From the NCBI GenBank assembly GCA_964247055.1, contig OZ176050.1:9672001-9736000 (forward strand): 64,000 nucleotides of DNA. The letters are read 5' to 3'. Both the position numbers and the translations under genes were made by a program. The notes under the pieces were generated by a model that had not been told where the DNA came from, did no database searches, and saw only the letters and a list, made by a program, of their open reading frames with translations. Shown here piece after piece: positions 20,652 through 32,834 of the stretch; position 1 is the stretch's first letter; each line of letters starts with the position of its first letter. The stretch is from Paragordius varius (Eukaryota; Animalia; Nematomorpha).

Positions 20652-21879
20652 TTTATGAGAATACAGAATATTTTGTAAATAAGTTGTTTGAAATGGTCAA
20701 TAGATAAACCAATTAGTTATATATGGTCGATGTTGACAAACATGGAAAAATTGATTTTTAACAGATGATGTGAAAGGTGTTGTAATGCAAAATATATAAT
20801 ATTATATAAATTTAGAAATGAATGATAAAAATCATAATCATAATAAAAACATTGGAAAAGGGACCAAACTGATGTTTTTGACTATAAAATGTATTAACAA
20901 TGCATTCATCTGCTTTGAAGCTAAACTTCCAAGAATGCCGAGGTTTAGATTTATAATAAAACAGTAATAAACGGTTTTTTGGCCAAAAATATGGTAACAC
21001 TTTATATCCATTTAAGGTAGTTTTAGACCTTAAAATCATCTAAAACTTAAATATCTGAAAAGTTATTGTTAGCATTGGGCCAAATTTAGGGGATTTTAAG
21101 TCATTAGGCAATGAAACAAAAAGTTTTATAAATGTATAATTATAAAAAAATCATCTCAAACTTTTTCGCCTCTATTCCATAATAAATCGTAAGCTGCTCA
21201 CCCAAATAACTGTATTTTACACATAGTGAAAAATCACGAGGTTAAAAAAGTCCTCGATGGAATATACCTATTCTTATAAAAAATTCTATCGGGTTTTTGC
21301 GAATGATTTAGGAAAGTTTTACACTTTTTGGTTAGTTCATGTCAGAAAATGGAGAAATTTGCGCACATTATGCTAAATAGGCTTCCTCCCAAAGATTATC
21401 ACTAAAATATATCGTAATCTACATGTAATAAGCAAAACAGTATTTTTTTAAAAACAATATTTTTAGACGGGGTTTCCGAAATTTTCGAATTCGTTCTTTT
21501 TAAATATGTTAGTTATCTTAAAATCGAATGCAAAAATTACGAAATTGCACTAAAAATATCAAATAAAAACAGTGTACAAAATCTGGGATCATGAAAAAAA
21601 ACTTGATGAAATAAATATATTCTGATAGAAAAATGTATCAGGATTATCCTGGTGTTTTTTTGGCCCTTACAAGTGAAATAAATATGTTTACACTTTTGTG
21701 CTAAGTGATCCGTATCAGAAAATGGCAAAATTTGACCAATTTTCGTAAAAAATTTTTTTTGATGTCTAAATACGTCATTCAAAAAGTATTACTAAAATAT
21801 ATCATAAACAACTTATAAATAAAACAATATTTTAAATTTTAATTTTTAGCAAAATTTTGTTAAAGAGTATTACTCTTTT

Positions 21880-22950
21880 TAGGCATGATAACGGCATAAA
21901 AACCCGTTTAAATATTATAAATGTGATTTTCTATATAATATGATGCTGAACATTTCTATCGCTTCAGAATTTAAATATTACGGTTCGTTTACTTTCAAAT
22001 TTTAATAAATTTTTATAAAAAACACAATTTTTTTTGAGATAAAATTAAGGACGAACGAATATTTTAATCAAAATTCTGAGGTGATCAAAATGTTCATCCT
22101 CTTATATAAAAAAAGTTTTTTATAATATCTAAAAGCGTTTTTATATCGTTTTCATCATGCCAAAAAAGGATGAAGTACGCTCCAACAATGCTAAAAATTA
22201 AATTGAAAAAAGAATGCATTTTTTAAAAAAATATTTTTTTGATGTCATTTAACATATATTGAACATTTTATCGCGCACGGGCCATTTTGCGTTTATATTA
22301 AAAGAAGAGCAAATTGCTTTAAGTAGTTTATGATATATTATAGTGATTTTTTGGGATGAAGCATTTAGCTTTCATCAAAAAATGTTTTTACAAAAAAATT
22401 TCTCAAATTTTGCTATTTTCTGATAAGGAGCACATACCACAATGTAAATACTATCTTATATCACTCATAAGTCCCCAAACCAAAAGAACCATGAGATTTC
22501 TGATACATTTTTCCAGTATATATATATATATATATATTACATCATGATAATTTTTTATGTACATTGCGTATGTTAAATTCAATATTAAAATATTTTTACA
22601 AATGTATACTTTTATTAAAAAATTTAATAGCATTTTGTCACAGTGAAACTTCATATTATTTTGAGGCATGATGAAAACGGTTAAAATTTTTAAGCTATTA
22701 TAAATCTACTTTTTCTATATAATTGATCTGGACTATATTATCGTCTCAGAATTTTTATTAAAGGTTAGTATGCTTGCAAATTTTGGTGAATTTATAACAC
22801 AATTTATATTTTATATAATGAAAAAAACAAAAAATCCAAATTCTAAGGTGATAGCAATGTTCAGCATTGTCGAATTATATATATAAGTGATATCTTAAAG
22901 CGGATTTTTACCGTTTCCATCTTCCTTCAAACTAGTATGAAGTACACATT
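21880..22950. repeat. Two further copies of the ~300-bp hairpin module (about 21880-22160 and 22660-22945)
   Basis: ggcatgat...aacgg / ccgttt...catcatgcc arms with cagaattt / aaattctgag inner motifs. Part of a larger degenerate foldback family also seen at ~21340-21760, 45490-45620, 46920-47040, 48420-48545, 53090-53200. Confidence 0.55.
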
Positions 22951-24558
22951 AACAAAACATTGCAAACAAATTTTTTTGAGGTATCCACTTCATTATAAGT
23001 ATTTTGATTGATATCAAAATTTATATTTCTTAGAAATCAGCATAATCGGTTAATCTACTAAAAGTGTTTATATAATTTCTTAAAGTGTTTTCATACCATT
23101 TATACCATAAATCAGACCATAAATCTCGCTTCACCAAAATTTCGTTATAATAAGAGAAATCTATTTTCGGAAAGAACTTTTTTTGATGTGAAAATTTATT
23201 TATTTAAAATCTTTATTGGGCAATCTCCGCTCTTTCGCCCTTATTTTAAAAGAACTTGCATATATTGTACAGATAAATTTGAGACTTTACCCTATATCTG
23301 AAAATTTTAAAATTTATAAAAATATTGTTTACATATTGTAGTAATAATTTTTGGAAACAAATTTTGTCATTTTTTGATATGATGCAATTAAAACAAAAGT
23401 GTAAATAACTTTCTTAAATTACTTGATAAGGACCGAAACTAATAGCACCATGATAATCTTGATACATATTTCTATCAGAATATATACATATATATACGGA
23501 AGTAGTGTCAAGTTTTAACAATACCTCCAATATTTTAATTATCAGTTTGTGTCAGGCGTGTATAAATGTGTAAGGTTGGATTTTATTAGCTTTCGTAACG
23601 ACCATGTCATCTAGCTTCGTTCATTCCACCTTAATGGAAAATTTGAGCTTTTGTGACATATCCGTATGAGAGCTATCTAACGCTAATACCGATCCAGACA
23701 TGCTGGATATGTGCAAAATTTGTATTTTTATTTCCCATTTAATATCTAGTGGTTTGCGCCAACCAATGTTTTGAAATTATATAGCAATAAAATATCACGA
23801 ATTACTTAAGCTTATTCTCAATATATTTATTTTTTAATTTATAATTTAATTATCTTTCAAGATTATATCTTTATGTTTCATTTGAAAAATAAAGTAATTC
23901 ATTAATTAATATCAATTTTAATTAAATCATCTCATGTTGCCAATTTTATTTTAATGATCAGGACTTCGAAACCAATATAAATTTTTGACAAACTAACTAC
24001 CTGGTTAAAAATTGTTTATTGGGAAAAACCAAAACATTTTTACGGCCGTTTTGCTTAGCATTTGGGTCTGATTAAAATCCTATACAATTACATTATCAAT
24101 TTAAAATGTGTGTGCAAAAAAGAGGGTCATTTTGATTTAACGAAATTTTTTTTTCATGAGATAGCTTATAACCAGTGAATTTATTTGCCGCCAAAAATAT
24201 TATTTGTTGACAACCTAGTTTTGGAAATATTGAGAGAAAATCAACGGGCAAAAAGTGAAAATTAAGGATAATTAAGGATAATTCAAAAAATAATGATAAA
24301 GTTTGAGATATTATGGTTTATTATCATTTTAGGATAAATTTTCAATATATAAATAGCCTAAAAACATATAGTTAGGGTTTCTATAAAATTTAAGCTCAAA
24401 GATGGCGTTTTTCTTTTAACACACTCACAAGACAAATTTTTTTTATAAAACTATATTAATATAATTTTTATCAATTATTTACTAAGCTAAACTCACTATT
24501 AAAATCTTAACATCCATATTTTATGCAGTAAAACAACTAATATATCAAAATAAAACCA

Positions 24559-25070
24559 TACGGATTTTAACAACTGTTATTACAAAATATAACCAATCCG
24601 TTCATTACCATTACAATATCATCTTTATCTTATGTTTCTTATCATAATAGAGTGCTTCTTAGTTATTAAATTGATTTCTATGAAATCCCTAAGTAGCTAC
24701 ACTCTAAATCTAGGCTCACCCCTAGAGTTAATTTTCAGTTTATTTTCAAATTTTCAGTTTAATTTTCATAAATTACATTAAATTTAATTTAAATTCGTAT
24801 AACCAACTGCATTTATACCAAAATTGCAAAGTTGGATATATATACGAAATCGATATGTGAAAACTCCAAGTCAAATAGTTGTGTCGTACTGATGAGTGCT
24901 AACAAGCACGAAACTAGTCTGCGATTACTATTGACGAAGGGTTTCACATATCGTTTATAATTTCTATTTATAATTTCATTTAATTGTATTTAATTATCCT
25001 TTATCATTATATTACGGATTTTAACAACTGTTATTACAAAATATAACCAATCCGTTCATTACCATTACAA
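24559..25070 (+). mobile_element. Hammerhead-element family copy C: 454-bp unit plus 58-bp terminal direct repeat (Penelope pLTR-like / retrozyme-like)
   Basis: tacggatttt...cattacaa repeated at 24559-24616 and 25013-25070; no ORF; intact ribozyme inside. Confidence 0.88.
24870..24935 (+). ncRNA. Minimal type I hammerhead ribozyme (intact)
   Basis: CTGATGA 24889-24895; stem II GTGCT/AGCAC 24896-24909; GAAAC 24910-24914; palindromic ACTAGT stem III; GTC cleavage triplet 24917-24919; stem I gtcgta/tgcgat extended by gtcaaatagt/actattgac. Confidence 0.9.
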
Positions 25071-26389
25071 GAAATATTGTTTTTTATTTTTACTTTTTTT
25101 GTCATCTGGTTAGTGTATAAAAAATTTATACCGTTTTATTTTGGATTCTTACATAAGTGAAAATACTAAGGATATAATTTATGCAAAATAGGATTTAAAA
25201 GGAGTGGAATATCAACCAACACTTACAAATCCTTGTAACAAGTTTGTTTTATGACAAATTAATATTTGTATTGGGATTTGTACGGATTGTTGGTTGATAT
25301 TCCACTAATTTTAAATCCTATTTTGCATAAATTATATACTTAATAATTTCCATTCATGTAAGAATCCAAAATAAAACGGTATAAATTTTTTATACACTAA
25401 CCAGATGACAAAAAAATGCAAAAATAAAAAACAATATTTTTGGTTATTTTGATATATAAGTATTTTTTTACTGAATAAAATATGAATGTTTAGATTTTAA
25501 TAGTGACTTAGGTAGTAAATAATTAAAAAAAATATTTTAATATAGTTTCATTAAATTTTTATATCTTTTAAGTGTGATAAAAACGCCATCTCCTGAGCTG
25601 AAATTTTATAGAAACCCTAAATATATGATTTTTGGCTATTTATATATTAAAAATATCTTCTAAAATGATAATAAACCATAATATTATAAATTTTATCATT
25701 ATTTTTGAATTATCCCTAATTTTCATTTCGATTTCTTCTCAATATTTCAAAAACTAGGTTGTGAAATATTTTGCGGCAAATGAATACGCTGGTCATATGC
25801 TATCTCATGAAAAAAAAAATTTTAAATTTTTTTGCACACAGTGAATAATTTTTGCTATGAAAAAAGTACTATTAAAATTAATATAATATAGAACGCATAT
25901 ATAAAAGTACTCAACAATCATTTAATATTATTTGTTGTTAAATTAATTTGTGCACTAAAATATAAATTTTATATTTATCATTGGTAAATGATGCTTATTA
26001 AGTATATTGAAAATCCATTTTTGAATCTGCTCCCACTAGTGAATAGTTATCAAGTTGATACCTGGATGCTGCTAAGCCTCCACTTAAGGATGCCCTTTGG
26101 AAGCGGTAACTATTTTTTGCAAATGTATATAAATTTTTAGAGGAAGGGCTTTCAGATAATTTTTGTTAAATCTGCTTTTTATAAAATTGCATATTTGGAT
26201 CAAATTATACTTTATTATTTTGATAATCACATGGGATTCGAAACGCAATTTGTTCCCTGCATAAAAAGTAAAATGCTTTATCTGACTAAAATAAAATAAC
26301 CAAAATTTTTTTCGAAATCGGGAATTCGAATTACATATGAGCTTGTTATCTTATTCCAGAATTATCATTGTTTATATTCATTAATATTG

Positions 26390-26428
<39 letters not shown>

Positions 26429-27231
26429 TATATAATATTTTTTGATAGTATAAATTGAATTCGAAGAAATTTTTTTATGCACAATGATTTGTAAACTTAA
26501 GGATATTGATAACAAAGTTTTTGCTTCCAAAAGAAAGAAAAGAATATATTTATAAGTTGGTTAAATTTAAATTAAGAACATATTATCCTATAGCTTTTGT
26601 GAAAAGGCTGTTTGATATTAAATTTATATACCACTGTAGTACGACTTTTTACGATAGGCTAAAATGTAAGCATTTTTAATATACTACAAGACATGATTAA
26701 AATGGTACAAAAAAATTTATTTTCAAACTACCAAATAAATTACACCTTATGCGAATTTATATTACTGGATATTTTATACTTTAGGTAATTTTAAAATGAA
26801 TAAAATATTTTGGAATATGTTAACCACCTCCAATAATTAATATTTTTATATTGTTTCCAATAAATAAATATAATGAATATGATATTTAATACTTTTTACA
26901 CTATATGAAGACTTAGAACAATATATTTAATACACAACGGATATTTTTATATTTTAAAAAATCTTTAATCTTCTTTATTTGATAATTGCAAAATTATATA
27001 GTTGTATTCAAATAGAAATTATTTTATAAAATTTTATACCTTTGCATAATTTTATATGCCAAACTCCATATTTCAATATTATTAGTTTTAAATAATTTGT
27101 ACGATTTTAAAATATACTTCATAATTAATATTGCTGTTATTTATAACGTATTATTGGATAGTATATTGATATTTTGGTTCCTAAAATTTTTTTCTAGGAT
27201 AGTGTAAATACTTTCTAGTTTTCTGATATCA

Positions 27232-29341
27232 TCTATATATTTATAAAAATGGAAAATGCTGGCTTTGTGATCTAGTACCGGAAAACCGGTAGACCCATTC
27301 AAATCCAAACTTCGAAAAAATATAATCATTAATGAATGCCCCGACAATAGCTTCGCCCTTTTTTGAAATATGCCCCCAGTTCAGGCCCACCCTGTGTGAA
27401 AAATGGGTTTTTTTAAAAACAAGTCCACAAAAATCGTTCTTTGAGACAATTTTCCGTAGAACGTGTTGGACCATTCAATTTCAAATATAATTTTTGTTTC
27501 CTTATTTTTGATTGCGCCGAACATAGTCGTCTCGCTTTTTTAATTTAGGCCCTACACGGTCCCCCCTAAAATGCCACCTTTTTCAAAAAACAAAGTCCAC
27601 AAAAATATATTTTCGAATCGATTTTTTGCCCAAGGTATGAGACCGTAAAAATTCAATATGGATTCCACGTATTCCCTGTTAAAAGGCAAAAATTTTAGTC
27701 AAGCGTTTCTTTGATGATAGCTGCTAGGTAAGGAGCTACCCGCGAAAAACTGATTTATAATGTAACTTTGTGATCTGTTTCCGGAAAACCGGTACACCCA
27801 TTCAAATCCAAACTTCGAAAAAATATAATCATTAATGAATGCCCCGACAATAGCTTCGCCCTTTTTTTGAAATAGGCCCCCAGTTCGGGCCCACCCCGTG
27901 TGAAAAACGAGTTAAGTCAATTTTTTGGAGAACGTGTTGGACCATTCAATTTCAAATATGATTTTTGTTTACTTATTTTTGATCGCGCTGAACATAGTCG
28001 ACTCACTTTTCTGATTTAGGCCCTCTTTTACCCGCTACCCCCGTAAAATGTCATTTTTTCTAAAAAAACAAAGTCCACAAAAATAATTTTTTGATTGTAT
28101 TTTTTTCCCCAAGGTATGAGACTGTAAAAATTCGATAAGGATTTTTCGTATTCTCTGTTAAAAGGCAAAAATTTTAGTCAAGCGTTTCTTTGATGATAGC
28201 TGCTGAGTAAGGAGTATCTATCATATGTATAGGATGCTAAAAAATATATGGATAATAAAACATTATTTATGGTAATCTATATATTTATAAAAATGGAAAA
28301 TGCTGGCTTTGTGATTTGGTACCGGAAAACCAGTAGACCCATTCAAATCCAAACTTCAAAAAAATATAATCATTAATGAATGCCCCGACAATAGCTTCGC
28401 CCATTTTTTGAAATAGGCCCCCAGTTTGGGCCCACCCTGTGAGAAAAACGGGTTTTTTTAAAAACAAGTCCACAAAAATCGTGCCTTTGAGACAATTTTC
28501 CGGAGAACGCGTTGGACCATTCAATTTCAAATATGATTTTTGTTTACTTATTTTCGATTACGCCGAACATAGTCGTCTCGCTTTTTTGATTTAGGCCCTC
28601 TTTTTACCCGCTCCCCCCGTAAAATGCCACCTTTTTCAAAAAACAAAGTCCACAAAAATAATTGTTTAAATCTATTTTTCGCCCTAGGTATGACCGTAAA
28701 AATTCAATATGGATTCCACGTATTCCCTGTTCAAAGGCAAAAATTTTAGTCAGGCGTTTCTTTGATGATAGCTGCTGGGTAAGGAGCTAACCGCTAAAAA
28801 TTGATTCCTCATGTAACTTTGTGATCTGTTTCCGGAAAACCGGTGAACCCAATCAAATCCAAATATGGAAAAAATGTAATCATTAATAAATGTCCCGACA
28901 ATAGCTTCGCCCTTTTTTGGAATTAGGTCCCCAGATCGGGCCTACCCCATGTGAAAAACGGGTTGAGACAATTTTCCGGAGAACGTGTTGGACCATTCAA
29001 TTTCAAATATGATTTTTTTCACTTATTTTTGATCGCGCCGAACATAGTCGACTCACTTTTTTAATTTAGGCCCTCATTTTACCCGCTACCCCCGTAAAGT
29101 GCCATTCTTTTCAAATAAAATCCACAAAAATAATTTTTAAATCTATTTTTCCCCCAAGTAAACAATATATTAGTATGAATGCACCGTTTTAAAATTCCTA
29201 TAAAATTATATTTAAATAATGTTTCGAAATAATCCTCATATGTGGATGATTTTATTGTCCCTTATTTCAAATAGCCCCCCCCCCCCCCTAAAAGTCCGAA
29301 GGACTTCCTCGTGCTGCGTAGCAGCACGAGATTTACGCTAG
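27232..29341 (+). mobile_element. Non-autonomous Helitron with internal ~500-540-bp repeats
   Basis: 5' A|TCTATATAT at 27232 (again at 28276); 3' 10-bp hairpin CTCGTGCTGC-GTA-GCAGCACGAG 29308-29330 followed by CTAG|T at 29338-29341; four copies of the ggaaaaccggtagacccattcaaatcc module near 27280, 27783, 28323, 28833. Confidence 0.85.
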
Positions 29342-29714
29342 TTACTTATAAAATAAAAAATTTGTATTATGGATATGTCATATCCCATGTGTTATATTTA
29401 ATTCTTTTTGATATGTTCATTAACTATTTTTTGTGGTGGATTTGGATAATTATATAAACTTTAAAAATAATAATTTTAAAAACATTAAATATAACATGTT
29501 GTATGATATTCAAAACTTTGTTAATTAGCATTTCATAAAAAACTGTATGAGATTATAAATTAGATAATTTAGCAAATTGAACAAAAAATTGTTTTTAATT
29601 GGATATTATAAAAAACATTTGTAATATACAATTACATATGACTTAAACGAGATAGATTTGGCTACGTTGGCATTAATTTATTATATACCCTTTGATCGGG
29701 AATGTCGTAAAATC

Positions 29715-30650
29715 AAAAAAATCCCCTTTTGGATTTGGAAATCTTGGAAATGTTGTAGATAGAAACCCTCTTAGATTTGGATATCTTGGATAATTTGTGG
29801 ATAGGAAGAAACCGTTAGGATTAGGTTATCTTGGATATATGGAACCGAAAAGAGTCTTTTGGATTCGAACACTTTGGATAATTTCATGGATACAAAGAAA
29901 CCCTATGGATATGAATATTTTGTTTCATATTTTAAAAACCCTTGTGGATTTTAACGCTTTGGATAATTTCATGGAGAAGAAACCCTCGTGCATTTCAACA
30001 CTTTGGATAATTTCATGGATATTATGAAACTCTCGTGGATTTGAACACTTTGGATAATTTCATGATTAAACAAACATTTTGGATAATTTCATGGATAATA
30101 AGACACCCTCGTGGATTTGAACACTTTGGACAGTTTCATGGATATTACGAAACCCTCTTGGATTTCAACACTTTGGATAATTTCGTCGATAGTAGGAAAC
30201 CTTTGTGGATTTGAACACTTTGCATAATATCATGGATATTAAGAAACCCCTGTGGATTTTAGCACTTTGGATAATTTCATTGATATTAAGAAACCCTCGT
30301 GGATTTTTAGATAATTTCATGATTGAGAAACCCACGTGGATTTGAACACTTTGGATAATTATTTCGATAAGAAACCCTCGTGGATTGAACACTTTGCATA
30401 ATACCATGGATATTAAGAAAACCTCGTGAATTTCGACATTTGGATAATTTCATGATTAGAAAAGACTCCTGGATTTCAACACTTTGGATAATTTCATAGA
30501 GATTAAGAAACCCTCTGATTTGAACACTAACATGCATTATAAGAAACCCTCGTGGATTTCAACACTTTGCATAATAATATTATGATTTAAATATTTTATG
30601 GATAGGAAACACTGTGGATTCGAAACTTTGGTTAATTTTATGGATATTTT
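29715..30650. repeat. Tandem satellite, ~41-47-bp monomer, left block
   Basis: Consensus about gaaaccctcgtggatttgaacactttggataatttcatggatattaa, degenerate at the left edge. Confidence 0.9.
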
Positions 30651-30669
30651 TTAATCGAAAGATAAAGGT

Positions 30670-32830
30670 ATATACCTACACTACCCTTATCTACCTTTTT
30701 ACCAAAAACATTGATTTAATAACTTCTTCACACATTATCCCTAACACTCTCATCACACTTCTCATTCTAAGCACGTTTGGAAATGTTCAACAAACCATTT
30801 CCGCCTCCGTATAGGCACATGGTACCTACGGTCATAACAATAATAAATTAGATTTAGTAGCAAACGAAATGACCAAGCATTAAATTGACATGCTCGGAAT
30901 TTCTGGATCACACATTCCCTCTTCCGAAACTTTAGAATGTGACAATCATATAATGTATTACTCCAATCAATGTTCGTAAAATTGCAATCCGCATACAAAC
31001 GACCCCTCAACCCATTAATATCTCCCAATTTTACGCCCCTACTCTTACAGCAATGACGTCTGTGAAAAATATTACAGTAATCTGACTTTACGATTTCCCA
31101 AATATCAAAAAAAGATATCATATTTATAGGCTACTTTAATTCTGTCTTAAAAGAACACAAAACACTTCCTATGACGGGCATGGGCTTGGGCAAAAAACCA
31201 GAGATAAGATAGATTAATCAAATTTGTGCTAACCATTGTTTCTTCGTCTCAAACACTTTTTTTAAACAACCTAAACGACGTTTATACAAATGGCGTTTCC
31301 CGTGTCAAAGATACCGTAGCCAAATTGACATATTGGGTATGGTAAAATATACCATTTGCACTTCAAGAGTATTTACAACACTTCAAGTTGGTCTTTGAAC
31401 ATTTCAAGTTGGTCCTTGAACACTTCAAGTTGGTCCTTGAACATTTCATGGTCGTTTGACTTTTTTTGTTTTGTTTTATTATTTTTATCAATTAAATCGT
31501 GTATAATTCATCAATTTTATCATTTTAAACCTATTCTCTTGATTTATCCATATTTTTAAATCACTTTTGATCATTCAGTTACTGTATGTTTTTATTAATT
31601 TTTTAAAAATATATAAATTTTAATAAGATTTCAACATAATTTAAAAAATATAAGTTTTCTGGGTTATTACTTAAAAGTTTTCCTTAAAAACAGTTATAAT
31701 TGATTATTGTCGAATTGAAAAAAGAATTTAGAAACAATAAATTGGTTTTTAATCAAAAATATTAATTTTAAATGAATAATTATATCATAAATCAAGTAAA
31801 TTAGGTTAGAGATTAATAAAATAAATAAATAAAAGCAAAATTTATGGTTAAATCCAAACTTAAAAAACTTTAAGGACCAACTTGAAGTGTTCAAGGACCA
31901 TCTTGAAATGTTCAGGGACCAACTTGAAGTATTCAAGGACACTCTTGAATTGCAAATGGTATATGCAAGTTCATTTCATAATGTTAAATGCTTGCCGGGA
32001 TAGGATTGCTACAGCGACCACAACCTGTGGATTGCCAAACTCTGCATTAAATTACAACTTCCCAAAATATCCAAACTCACCAGAACAAATTTAGAACACA
32101 GTTGACAGTATAATAGAACACATAATGGCAGGTTCTGCAATTTTTTACAATTGAATGCGATAAATACGGATTAAAAATTAACTTTTAAAAAACAAAAGTA
32201 ATACAAATCAACTCGGCTCCAACAACCAACTCAATAATCCTCAACTGAAATCAGATTGAAACCGTAAACAGTTACTATTTGGGCAATATTTTAAACAATG
32301 ACAACAACTCTACTCCAGAAATAAATGAAGTCCCATTGCAAAAGCAGTTACATTCAAATACAACAAGATTTAGACGTCACATGACATCAAACTAAAAACC
32401 AAAATCAGATTAATCATGGCAACAGTATTCCCCACATTACTATGTGGGCGCGAAAGCTGGACGATGAAAAAATATGACGAACGAGTCCAAGTTTGCAGGA
32501 AACTTCTCCAAACAAAATAGTCAGACAAAATTAACTCGACTATTTTAAATAAAATTAATCCTGAAATGTCACTACAGGGCAGACTAATACGCCAAAAACT
32601 ATCCTTTTGGCCATATTGTGAGATCTAACTCACTTGAAAAGTCACTGATGCTGGGAGATGCAAGCGGTGCTCGTAAAAGAGGAAGAAGAACTGGTTGGAT
32701 GAATAACATCCAGAATGAAACCAACCAAACATTATCCGAACTAAACGGCCGATTTTGTATTCTCAATGAATGGAGAAGTTAAATTTTCAATGTTGCAGTT
32801 AGTCGGAATCGACCTTAGCAACAACAACAA
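30670..32830 (+). mobile_element. Degenerate, internally deleted RTE/BovB-like LINE splitting the satellite
   Basis: APE endonuclease remnants LRIGTW (30805-30822), QFYAPT, NTFFKQPKRRLY, SDHNL; RT C-terminal remnants; 3' end agtcggaatcgaccttag(caa)n. Many stops and frameshifts. Confidence 0.75.
31352..31959. mobile_element. MITE with TA target duplication and subterminal 21-bp tandem repeats (copy 1)
   Basis: TA|CCATTTGCA...TGCAAATGG|TA; arrays of ttgaacacttcaagttggtcc inverted at the two ends; AT-rich core. Confidence 0.85.
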
Positions 32831-32834
32831 GAAA

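Larger units (their letters stand above)
24110..25840. mobile_element. Long foldback (near-palindromic) element, ~1.2 kb, interrupted by hammerhead-element copy C
   Basis: Left arm 24110-24558 plus 25071-~25230 is the reverse complement of ~25275-25840; termini tgtgtgcaaaaa / tttttgcacaca; spacer ~40 bp. Confidence 0.8.

Noticed and set aside
20729-20761. EF-hand-like peptide DVDKHGKIDF on the + strand upstream of calmodulin
   Set aside because: Ten codons ending in a stop, lacks the position-12 Glu, no splice support; likely chance.
27241-28530. Duplicated ORFs ending SQHFPFL
   Set aside because: Antisense readings of Helitron internal repeats; no Rep/helicase motifs.
31356-31942. ORFs with SSWSLN repeats
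   Set aside because: Translations of the 21-bp MITE repeats.
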